From Cenococcum geophilum (taxonomy: Eukaryota): a stretch of 64,000 nucleotides of DNA. The stretch covers positions 27,714,001 to 27,778,000 of the forward strand of contig CP158635.1 of assembly GCA_050273025.1 (NCBI GenBank), written 5' to 3'. The translations under genes were made by a program, and so were the position numbers. This document shows positions 24,636-35,761 of the stretch, piece by piece. Under the pieces are notes generated by a model. That model ran no database searches. It saw only the letters and a program-made list of their open reading frames with translations, and was not told the DNA's origin. Within the stretch, counting starts at the first letter, position 1, and each line of letters begins with the position of its first letter.

Positions 24636-25481
24636 ATGCGCAAAGTTCTTGTAGTGCCTCAGCTCCTCGTACCTCGCTCCCAAATTGACCTAGGCTGGCT
24701 TGTACTAAACAAGACCAACCCTACGCAAGATTACCACACCCTTCCAGTTCCGGCCAACTCCACTGTAGCCGTGCCTTCACAGGAGCTCCTTACTCGCCTT
24801 ATTCGCAATAAGTCAACCACCTTGCTCGCTCAGCTGACTAAACACCTTACCGCCAATTTGGGGTCTCGCTCCGACACTGCTATCAAACTCTCTGCTCCTC
24901 AGGCAACAAGCTACTTTTTCAAGAATTCGCAAGAATGGTATGAGGCGCAGCGTCACAACGCGACAACAAAGCAGTGGCTAGAGCGTGCTATCGAGCGGGG
25001 AGAAAATGTTTACGTTATTATCGGACTATACACTCTTCATGATGTGCAAGTATCGGGCCATAGTGATAAGAATACCAACATAGCAGGGTCTTCAAGGGTC
25101 GGTCTTACAGATATAGTGGCCATGACTTCAGCAGCGATGGCGACCAGGGCACCTCATGCCGCGCGTAATGTTGCCGATGCTATGATCGGAGCGAGTGGAA
25201 ATGCGACGAGTAAAAGAGAACAGAGCTGGTCTACTACGGGAGAGTTGGTATTTGCGGTCCAGTACAGGAAGATACAATTCAATTGGTATTTCAGTAGGCA
25301 GGTGGAGAGTAGCTTCCTTGAAAAAGGAAATAGATGGCAGGTATTGTGGGATACAAGAGGTGATAATGTGGAAGAGGACGAAGCAGAAGAAGATGTTTTA
25401 GAAGCGATGATGACCGACGATGAAGAGTTGACCGAAGAAATGATACTCTTAGAGGATGATGAGGCTTCTATATCCTCATAA
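24636..25481 (+). CDS. Fungal gasdermin-like pore-forming protein (RCD-1/HET-Q1 family), 281 aa
   Basis: Size and motifs match the family as I recall it: IDLGWLV....P.QDY, KQWLERAIERGENVYVIIGL.T..D and GELVFAVQYRKIQF.W. It has an acidic ~40-aa C-terminal tail and lies next to a protease gene. Intact and intronless. Confidence 0.8.
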   Translation: MRKVLVVPQLLVPRSQIDLGWLVLNKTNPTQDYHTLPVPANSTVAVPSQELLTRLIRNKSTTLLAQLTKHLTANLGSRSDTAIKLSAPQATSYFFKNSQEWYEAQRHNATTKQWLERAIERGENVYVIIGLYTLHDVQVSGHSDKNTNIAGSSRVGLTDIVAMTSAAMATRAPHAARNVADAMIGASGNATSKREQSWSTTGELVFAVQYRKIQFNWYFSRQVESSFLEKGNRWQVLWDTRGDNVEEDEAEEDVLEAMMTDDEELTEEMILLEDDEASISS

Positions 25482-25697
25482 TCCGTCTACAATATATCAA
25501 ATATCTAGAAACTCTTATACGCGCTGAACGCTGCATTCATGTGTGAATTCGATACTTCTATATACAGAAGACTCCAAAAGATTTAGTTAAAATAGACTTC
25601 AGATACGGTAGACAACCTTTCCCAGTAATGACGCAATCAAAAGGGGTAGATGGAAGAAAGTTCTACCTACGATTATCATCGACCACTTTAAGGTTAC

Positions 25698-28600
25698 CAG
25701 GGTTGTAAATCAATCAACGAGACTTCAATATTGAGTTGAGTTGGTTGCCAAGACTCAATCAATTCAACCAACTGAGAGTTCGCTGGCTTGGCAATTCAAT
25801 CAATTTAGAGGCTCCGATTAAGTTGAGTTAATTAAAGAATATTAAAGCTTTAATATTATATAGAAAATATTACTAGAGTTCACATAGAGCAATGCTTTAA
25901 ACCTTATTATTCTTAGTCTTGCCCACCAAAAATAGTTTACCCGAGCATCGCCCGTTATTTACACCGTTATATTACCACCCGAGCCTTAGCAGGTTAGAGT
26001 CTTACTCCTAATTCTATAATATCAATTCTACTGCTACCATGGCTTCTAACGCATTAGATAATAGCTAAATAAATACCTTGGTCCTTTCTACTGCTTATTC
26101 TAATCCTACCGTACCTACTAACCTCTAGGGCGCCTTAGATTATAGTATAATTGGCAATACCAACGCGTTAACTACCGAATTCAAACTAAAAGATTATGCA
26201 GAAATTAACTGGACGCGTCTTCTTAGCTACTATATTCCTTATTTAACAACGGGCAAATATTACGGGCCTATATAGCAGTACGGATATAATATTAAGCATA
26301 GCAAAACGGGCAAGCGGTACTAGGTATATAAGCTCTGCTATAAAAAGAAGGCTTATATACAACACCTATATTTAAATATTGGTACTATAAATTATTCTAG
26401 GTATATGCTAAACGAATATAATATTAGTAACTCTACTATAGAGAAAGCCAAGCAAGGACGGTTAGTCTTTAAATAGCTATATCTTTAAGCTAATAAGCTA
26501 AAGGATTAAGCCTAAATAAATACTATTATCCAAAGCCTCTATCCGGATTAATTTACTTAGCTTTTAATGCGATAGATTATACGCAACAATATTCCGTTTT
26601 ATAAGCTTAAAAGTAGTATATTTTATAATCTTATAGGGTATACTAATTAAGCTATTCTAACCGCACGCCTCCTGCCTTCTTATCTAATAATAAGAGAGTT
26701 AATACTTACTAAGTTTAATTAATATAAGAAAGTAATTACGGCTCTACTGCATAGAGCGCCGGGCAAGATTCATCTATTATTTAATCTTTAGACATCTTGT
26801 AATTATTTATTGCTACTTAGTAAGCTTAACTCTAAGGCCTCTATTACATTAATTACTAACTACTATATAGGAATTGTAGTTTACTTTATAGACGCTATAA
26901 ACTAGTACCGTTCCTTCCTTCTAGCCCTCCCTTATTAAGAAGAGCGATATACTGGCGTTAATATAGCAGCAAATATCAAGAACATCCTCTCTAAATTTAG
27001 AATTAGTGAGCGGCAAGTAGGCTACTTTATCGTAGATAACGCGGATAATAATAACACCTGTATTAACGAGCTCTCTATAGAGTATAACTTTAATCCGCTA
27101 TATCTTCGCCTTCGTTATATAGGCCATATTATTAATCTAGTTGCTTATATACTGCTTTTTAGCGTAGATTTAAGCACTCTAGATAAGGAAGAAGAGAATA
27201 AGGATAAGATCCTACGTTAGATACTAGCTTGGCAGAATATTGGGCCTATTAATAAGCTTCGTAATATTATTTTTTGGATATTTAACTCTAAGCAACGCCT
27301 CTAAAAGCTCCTTAAGCTTTAAGATCTAGAGCTCGCATCAACAAGCAACGACTTATCGCGAGCCAGCACCAAGCTTCTTCCAATTAAGCCAGTAGAGACG
27401 CGCTAAAACTCTATAGAGTTAGCAATTAAGCGCGCGATAAAGCTCCAAGACCCTATTAATCGCATTATTGGCAATAAGGTCCTTAAATAGACGATATACT
27501 GGGCTAAAGTTACTAAGAACGGTATAAAGGATCCGCCTGCGAGAGTTCGCAAAGAGCCTAATATTATCAGGAACTATTTAACAGGGGACAATTAGGCTAC
27601 GTTAACTAAATATCTAGCTATTTTAAAGCCTCTTTAGATTGCTATAAAGCGACTAGAAGGACGTCTAAAGGAAGGTCCATATAAACGACGTTATAGATTT
27701 CTATTACGCACTAATTAATATAGGCAAATTTGGATCTCTATAGGAGGTCCTTCCTATATTTAAGTATCTACTTAATTAATTTAAGCGCTATAAAGTACAG
27801 TACAAACACCACCCGGAGCCTTACTTCCGCTATAATATTAATATAGCTTGGCTAAAGCTAACTAAATACTACGAACTTACTAATCGTTCGCCCGCTTATA
27901 TTACTGCCACAGTCCTTAATCCAGCACATAAATAGACTTTTACTAATAAATACTAAACGGGTAAAGGCTAAGCTAGTTAGAAGGAAGCAGCTAAGCAAGC
28001 TATTTGCAGTCTATAGCTTAAGTACAAATATCTTCCAATCAAATCAACTACTAACGGTGAATCTCTTAAACAGCGGCGCGTCTTTTTATCTAAAATTAAT
28101 AACTACTTCGCGGGCGGCTTTGCTCTGCCTATACCTATAAATAATCGCGACAAGTATAATAATTAGCTAGCCCAAGCAGGTCACCCTAAGGACGCTTAAT
28201 ATACTAATCCGATTTTATATTAGCGGGCCAAAGTAAATAAAACTTAATATCCACAACTTGCTCGCATGGCTCTTAATTTAATAACTACTCCACTAATATC
28301 ATTAAGCCCCAAACGTATATTTAGCCTTACTAGCTTACTCCTTACTACCAGTCGCGCACGACTATAATCTGATATAATTAGAGCTTTAATGGCGCTAGGG
28401 TTATGGGATAGGGAAGGCGTTATTAATATAGTAGATAGGCAGTTAAAGCGGCCGGTAAAGAAAAAGACAATATTAACGGGTGGGAAGGTAAGTCAACACC
28501 ATGCCAAGACTCGCGATAGACCTATATTAAGAGCCGGGCGACAGAAAGGACAGTAGGAAATAATTTAGGCGTCGCTAGGTAGGTCGTCCTGCATCAACTC

Positions 28601-28778
28601 TATGCCAAGAACTCGTGATAGTTGCTAACTACTACCCCAGTTGAACTCAGTTAAACTAGTTGCCAAGACTTCAATATTGATTCAATCAATTTAATTAACT
28701 AAGCTCTCTGCTTACAAAGCTTTCAATTCAATCAATTCGAAGCCTCAGTTGAGTTGAGTTGATTGATTTACAACCTTG
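25698..28778 (+). mobile_element. hAT-superfamily DNA transposon (RIP-degraded), 3081 bp
   Basis: 21-bp TIRs CA(G/A)GGTTGTAAATCAATCAAC. 8-bp TSD AAGGTTAC at 25690-25697 and 28779-28786. Transposase relic from ~26039 with DNA.NN.T, R(C)IGHIINL, ETR(W)NS and the dimerisation motif YPQLARMAL. Subterminal TCAAT/GTTGA arrays. Confidence 0.95.
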
Positions 28779-28782
28779 AAGG

Positions 28783-31700
28783 TTACATACCAAAGTGAAC
28801 AAAGGGAGCCCATTGCAGAACATTCCCCGGTGAATCCCGTCTTATCTCGGCCACTACGTTCTGCAAAACTTCCGCATAACAACCTTTAGGTACCCTATTA
28901 CCACCGCTGTCACCATATCTCTTCGCTAAGGCTTCATAAAACCTGACTGCTACCTCTTTCGATACATCGTCATTCACCGACCATAACGTAGCTATCACAT
29001 TACAAAACCCCAGCATTTGAAATTCGCTCGCAAGATGCATGCCTTCCTCAATAAGTTCTTCCGCTGCAACATTCGCGGATGAGCATACTGATAAGAAGAC
29101 ACTTTCCCATCTACCCGCTTCAGCATCTATCTCAGAGATGTCTTTAACAGTAAGCCGATCGGACTCTTCAAGCTCTGTGCCATGCTGCAATATAATACCG
29201 CTATTTGATGGACTCTCGGGATCAGAGATACCATGACATGCAAAATGGACATGACTACACACTGGCAGAACATCGATAATAGTGTCTTTCGTGGGACAGT
29301 CAACTCGTACAGACTCGGCAACGTTTGCGATGCTTCTTTCAATGCTATCAAGCTCAGCATCTACTTGAGGAAGGTCGGAAAGGCCTGGAGTTTTCATCAT
29401 TCCAGCGAGAAGATAAAAGTCTCTCTCAACCTCTTGTCGGTTTATTTCTTTTGCATGATTTCGCTTCTGAGAGAGGGATAGAGCTTTCAGAGTTGTCCCG
29501 TACGAAGATACAACATATGTGAATACTCCATGGTCTGGTCGCTCACACGCAACGTGGATAGGGAAGTTGGCCATGATGCCACCAGGAATCCACCAGATAC
29601 GAGGTAGAGATTTGCCTCGATTTGCTTCCTTGAGAAACCCTAGCTCTTCGAGGACTGGCCGTACTGTTGTTTTCCATAGCCAACAAAGTATTTCTTGCAG
29701 CTTCTTTGATCGACTAAATAGGGTGCGGAGTGAACCCTTTAGAACTTTCTTCTTTAAAAGCTCCACGCGTTCTACAGCTTCTTGGAGAGCTAACGCTGGC
29801 AGATCAAAAGCCCGAATCCCGCCACCCGTAATGATAATAGCATGTGCACTTCGTTCTGATGCGCTTAGGAAAACCAACGGACCTCCACAGTCTTTACTAA
29901 GTTGCGAATACTCTGCGGCAGACTCTGGAGGGAGAAGGAATCTTTCGTAGCCGTCAAGAGCACGTATAGTCTGGAGTATTTCATCAAGATCACGAACCGC
30001 GTTGTTCTTCGCTACTCTAGCCAAAACGCCCAAATCATCAAACTCCGTGCCCGACGGAGTAGCATCTGCTGCAGCTTTTCTACGTTTAACGAATTCCTCA
30101 AAAAGTTCTGGGCAATCGCTGTGAAGGTCTCCAGACACCAGTGCCTCCTAGTAAGGCAGAATATTAGTGGCAATTATTCCCCTTCCGCACTCAACCAAAG
30201 AAAGAAGGCTATCGACTAGCTTGCCTAATTCCAAGCCTAGCGAGAGAGCAAGTTCGCAGATACCCAGAGCTAGGCTAAGCCAAACCTCTAGAGACTCATC
30301 TGAATTGCCGTCAGAAGTATATCTCGCAAACGTCATTCCTTCTCCCTTTGCTGCAATGAGCCTGTGCTCATGATCATCCCTGGTACCTGATGATCGTACA
30401 AGGAATGGCATAAGACCTATGGCAGACTCAAGGCATTGAAAACCTTCTTCGAGTCGACCGTGTGTTATAAGCAATTGGCTCATCTCAATATAAGCCCCGT
30501 ACTTGCTGTGGAGGTTGGTCTCATAGGTGATTGCTTGCTGACCACTAGAAATAAACATATTCAGATCACTTTCTTGTTCCCAGGTGGCATACCGCTCTCC
30601 ATATATTGCTCTAAAAATTTGATGAACCAGAGCTATACATTGGTCATCATTTGGGACGCATAACTCTGCCCTTTGTAGCTCGGCCATGGCCTCGTCGAGA
30701 TACATTTCTTCTGAGAAGTGTACCATTTTCCGGTAGAGCCGGGCTAGGGTTAGATGATTATTGAATTTCCATACTGAATGTGTTTCTGGTGTATCGGCGA
30801 TGGCTTCTTTCATAACCTCAACTGCTTCCACCATTTCCAAATGAATGCTATCATCTTCAAACAAAGAGCCGCTGTCAAACAGGATGGCACACTTTGTGGA
30901 TATGCTCTCTGCCAGCTGTCGTCGATATTGTATGTTCCTTATTTTTTCCAGAGGGTCTCGTGCAGTCTTATCGATAAGGTCATGAAGAATTTCAACGGAC
31001 TCATTATAATCTATGAGTTGCTGCAACCTGTAGAATCTATACTTAAGCAACAAGCTCAAGGAGTACAAGATGCGGTCCCGCCGTGTATAGGAGATCGGAA
31101 GGTTTGCAATTGTCTGTCGGGCAATCTTTAAAGCTGCTTCAAGGTCTGCCAAGGTTTTTGTAAACCGGTATCTTTCGTACAAAATGTTCAATAGGAGAAG
31201 CTTGGCCTCAGAAAATACGGCTTCGTTTAAACCTTGGTCCTCCGATATTGCATTTTGCAAAAGTGATGTCGCTTCATCAAGGACGGATAGGTTACCGGAA
31301 TTTTGGAAGATTTTTAATTTGACATTTGCATAAACCAGGACATATCCAAGTGGGTGTGGATGCTTTGGACTCTTCGAATTATGTATCTCTTCCAGTATTG
31401 CGTCAGCTTCAAAGAGGTCCTCCTTGTTATCAAGAAACTGGTATCGACGCTGATAACAATCGGCAAGTCCATGGAGCGCACTCAGTCTTCGAGGATCATC
31501 CATCGGGATAAGCTGTATCCCTTGAATGTGGCTTTCTAAGGAAGGGTTGAGGACGCTTGAGTCACCGTCACAATCTAGCTTTTGTATGTACACACCTCCA
31601 AGGCGCAAATATACAACAGCAATATCCGTGTTTGAGCCACAGGGGTTTTCCAGTGCCATGTGAAGGTAGTTCAGAGTCTGCGTCAGATCGGCCGTAGATC

Positions 31701-32247
31701 CAGTGAGTTGATACCGGTTTTGATGTGCAATTGCTAACATCGCTCGTGCCTTAAACAATTGCTTGTCATCCTCGCCATTGTTAATAAAAATACTCCGTTT
31801 GATGATTTCGATACCCTCATCGCAGTCTTTCACGTCTCCTCCACGCTCATAGCGTGTTCCCAGGGCTTGAGCTAGTGCTATAAGCCAAGTTTGAAGTCCC
31901 GGGTGGTAAATAACTTTTTCTGTCAAAGCGATTGACTGTTGTATGTGTCTTATCCCTGTGTCGAGATCTTCCGCTGAAGGCGTCTGGAGGGACCGACGAT
32001 AGAAGTATAATCCGAGGCGGTAGACGTACCAGCCTTCTGTTAATCGATCTACGGAACGTTCATCAGCTACGTGGGGTACCACAAGGAGCGCATCCTGAAT
32101 GATGTCGATCGCTGCTGAAAAACTCTCGACAGTATGCGTCTGTATGATCTGGAGCCGAAGACTTGCCACAAGATCGTCTTCACCGTAAAACTCCTGGCCC
32201 TGCAGGCTCAATGGGCCGAGAGTATTATGCGGCTGAGTATAGCTCAT
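28783..32247 (-). pseudogene. TPR-repeat + CHAT (caspase-like, clan CD) protease with one in-frame TAG at 30148-30150
   Basis: The 699-aa TPR-like ORF and the 451-aa CHAT ORF are in the same frame (..NILPY*EALVSGDL..). CHAT motifs LCWLWKTTVRPVL, RIWWIPGG, HVHFACHG (His), FLSVCSSA (Cys), VIATLWSVND and WAPFVHFG. Confidence 0.88.
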
Positions 32248-32609
32248 TGTGGATGTATCTTTTGAGAGATTTTGGGAAGTGGGGAAGGTATTCCGCGTTT
32301 ACCGCATCTCCGTCCGGACTCTTTGAGTTGACAAGGCTGGGCAACCAAAAGAACTAGCGGTAGACCCAGCCACAGTCCGTGGGCCAGCCTTCCTACGTAC
32401 GGGACCAAAATATCGTATCCGGTAAGGCTGATTTTGTCGGCTTTCTCCATGAACAAGGTGAGCTGTTGATGTTCAGATTCAGCCTTGCGCACACAACCGT
32501 TAGCTTCTTAGTTTCCCTCGACAAGTTTTCTCCAACAGCGAGTTCAGTACCGAAGAGAGCTTCAGCAGGCCTTCGCTAAATAGCCCTCGATTCTTGGAGT
32601 ATTCTTGCT

Positions 32610-34293
32610 ATGTCAGACCCCATATCTGTTACAGGAACTGTGGTCGGGATTGTTTCCTTGGGTTTATCTCTATGTCAAGGCTTGGTGGACTACTTGGAGC
32701 TTTGAAGTGCAGACGTGAAGAGATCGAATCGGCGTACCAGCAAATCAATGGCCTTTAGAACTCCTTTAGCGTCATCAAAGCTGTTCTTCCGAAGCTACGG
32801 ATGGACTATCAGGCTTCTGGACAGGTGGTCCGGAATCATCTTCGCCTATGTGAGGACGAAATAAATCGCCTTACCAGTGATCTATTTGGACTGGAGCGGC
32901 GTGGATCCGGCGTGGAGCGCCGTTGGAGCGCCAATTTACGTTTATCAATTATAGGTTTAGCGCTTTCCTAAAATTGATAAACGTAAACAGGCGCTCCAAC
33001 GGCGCTCCACGCCGGATCCACGCCGCTCCAGTCCAAATAGATCACTGCTTTAGATTCACGGCCTTTGTTTATGCGAGTTACCACGGTTGTCTTGAAAGTC
33101 TTGAAATACTACTTGAAGCTGGCAGCTGCCTCTTTCCACTTAATTCATCTGAGCCGTACCGGAGAATCGCATTTTGCTTCACAGAAGCCTTTTCTGGAAG
33201 CTCCAAGGCCATCGGAGGACGGCTCGTTGAAGCTTTAGTTGCTAGACGCGTGTGCTTGCGAGAGTTAGCTTTGGGCAACTTGCCGCCTGATGAAGCTCGA
33301 GATTTCGGTCTGTTTAGCGATACAATTCTGGATGAAAAATCGCACGACGTATGTCTTGCGTTGAAAGCAAGGAAAATCAACATTCCTGAAGCCTTGGCCG
33401 TCCCAATTCGATCATCTGTGTATCACTTTAAATCTCTAAGCTTAGGATGTGCTCAACGGCTCTACGACATGGGATTCAAAGGCGTTGAAATATTCGATGA
33501 GGATGGACTAACTCCGCTCATGTGTAATCTGAGACCCGAGCATAGTATTCCAACCGACTACAATAAGGCAATCAATTCATTAAAGTTAAAAGCCTGGCTA
33601 ATATCGAAAGGAGCAAATCTTTATGTCACAGCTAAGTCACCCCAAGGCAGTGGTGTGAACCCAAATGCTACCGCTGCACATTTTCTTGGTAGCAAAATCA
33701 GAGAATTTAATGCTAAAGGGGTTTTCTGGGAAGGTTATCCCCCATATAATCCTATAGTTTCCTCACTTTGCACTGCTCTGTGCTCTATCTCTGCGCTCGA
33801 TGTTTGCTGTTGCGGCTGTTCTAGCATAGGTTGTAGCCCGACCACCATGGTGTTTAAAGGATATATTAAATTTCGATCTGACAAGAAAGGTATAATTACC
33901 TTGGTCTGCTGGCTAGTCGAAATTCATATAACGGCTAAAGCTAGCCAGCGGGTATTTGCTGAGATGATACGTTTCATGACCTTTGATAGGCTGGGCATAA
34001 AGCATACCTGTTGTTAGACGGATTGGGGATTAATAATCCGATTGCAAGATGAGGAAGAGATGAAAGAGATACATGAAGAGGAAAGTTTTCGTCTTTAGCT
34101 GCTGGAAGATCTTGTTGGTGAATTTGAGACAAGATATAGCGAATTAAGGGAACCGCTCATGGATTTCTTTAAGGGCTATTGGGAAGAGCGTATAAAGCAG
34201 GTGCAGAGCGAATTGGAGCCTGTGAACGAAGAAGAGATCAGAAAGATAGAAGCGATTGGTGTGGTGCTGGATAGAGCTGGAGTTGGACTGTAA
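32610..34293 (+). pseudogene. Decayed gene with fungal N-terminal (HeLo-like/STAND N-terminal) domain, ankyrin-like repeats and a Cys-rich C-terminal domain
   Basis: Starts MSDPISVTGTVVGIVSLGLSLCQGL, with a frameshift near 32700 and TAG stops near 32757, 34015 and 34096. Ankyrin-like YASYHGCLESLEILLEAG and DEDGLTPLM, then CCCGCSSIGCSP, RFMTFDRLGIKHTCC and LEDLVGEFE...GYW. A MITE sits at the junction. Confidence 0.75.
32875..33047. mobile_element. 173-bp palindromic MITE (CAGTG termini)
   Basis: 58-bp perfect TIR CAGTGATCTATTTGGACTGGAGCGGCG..., with pairing that continues nearly to the central AGCGCT. No TSD in the flanks. Confidence 0.9.
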
Positions 34294-34508
34294 AAAAATA
34301 AAATAAAATAAAAGAAAGGCAGGAAGAACAGTACCAAAATAGGGATATGTTTATCGGAACCTCTTATTTTCCTTAATTATTCTGCGCGCCAAATAAAGAG
34401 AAAGTATGCTAAAATCTGTGTTCATTAAGATTTCATTTGCTTTAAACTGTTTTAGCTCATAGTAGTCCATGCAAACTATACAGTTATAATGCCTGAGACG
34501 CTCGTCCC

Positions 34509-35000
34509 TCATTTGGGCATCTTCAACCTCTCCTTCCTCCTAGCCTTTCGTTTCTCCTTGTCCACACCCACCCGAGCCTCCCAAAATCTCGCTTTCTTCA
34601 TTCTTGCGTTTTCTCTCCTCCTTCGCTCCTCTTCTGTGTTCTGCTCTAGCTCTTGGTTTCTCAACTTGCTCTGTATCTTCCTCTCCTGTGACACCCACCG
34701 CTCAAACTCCGACCCACCCAGCACCCCACCTTCCCGAGTCCTCCACTCCAATCTTCTCTGCCCATTTCTATTCGGGCAGTTCTCTACTTTCTTGCCTTGC
34801 TCGCCAAACTCAATAGTAGATACACAATATCTAGCTCTTGGGTCTGTGAACGTTATTTCCGCCTCCTCAATTGCCGGTATATCGTGCCACGTAAGCCCAG
34901 GGGTAGATGGGTGCAAGGTTGCTATATCTTGTGCAATCTTTCTAGATAAATAGCTAGCATTGGGTCTAGCAGTGCGATCTCTGAGTCTCTTCTCAGCCAT
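34509..35000 (-). CDS. Hypothetical protein with charged C-terminus (~163 aa)
   Basis: The ATG at 35000 (MAEKRLRDRTAR...) lies within a 305-codon open frame. Protein-like composition, no family recognised. Confidence 0.5.
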   Translation of the reverse strand: MAEKRLRDRTARPNASYLSRKIAQDIATLHPSTPGLTWHDIPAIEEAEITFTDPRARYCVSTIEFGEQGKKVENCPNRNGQRRLEWRTREGGVLGGSEFERWVSQERKIQSKLRNQELEQNTEEERRRRENARMKKARFWEARVGVDKEKRKARRKERLKMPK

Positions 35001-35761
35001 GATTTGCTCGTTTTCGGCTACGGAAAAGTGCGCGAGAGGGTAGATGTCTAGAATCAGGAGGTGGGAGAAGCGACGGCTGCATTTAGTTGGCGGCGTTACA
35101 GTTGGGCTTGATAATGTATTGGAGATAGCGTCCGGGATACAAGGTAATCGCGAGCGGAGTCCCTTTGAGGGACTGAAGACCTCCTGTGACATTTGCCTTG
35201 GGCGTGCGGGAGACAGGTTATCCGTTGACAGGCAGGTAGAGGTTTCCGTTGAACAACAGGTCATCAAGTTTCTCATCATGTCCTGCAGGCTGGTTCTGGA
35301 GTGCTTCAGAGAGGTTTCCAGAGCCGTTTGAACCTTGGTGAGGTATCGGAATGGATGTAGGTGAAGGTGTTCGCTCCAGTCTGAAAAGAGGTCGAATGGG
35401 AGAATGCCTTTTCTAAATCGAGTCACTCTCCAGGTGGTCTGTCAAATAACGAAAAGAAATATACAGGCCAGTTTTATAGTTTCAATGGTTGATTTTGCAA
35501 CTACTATCCATATTAATAGCCTTTTGGCGCGAAGTATGTTGCGGATTCACCTTGCGATTGAGTCAGAATCGGGTAAACTAAGGTCAGGGAGGAATAGGAT
35601 GCGACAATAGGCCCACACAATGGATATTGTGTGAATAGCATCAGCCGAGAAGGGAAATGTCTACCAGTATCCTATATACATCTTAGAAGCATGCAGCCTC
35701 TCACTCAGTCTCCTAAGACATACCACTGTTGTCCACAAATCAACGTTGAGCACGACCTAAA

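Noticed and set aside
32244..32492. 82-aa ORF overlapping the TPR-CHAT start
   Set aside because: Non-ATG start and no recognisable motif. It could be an upstream exon, but I cannot support that.
32923..34017. 364-aa ORF as an intact gene
   Set aside because: Its start lies inside the MITE. It is the middle of the 32610-34293 pseudogene and ends at a premature TAG.
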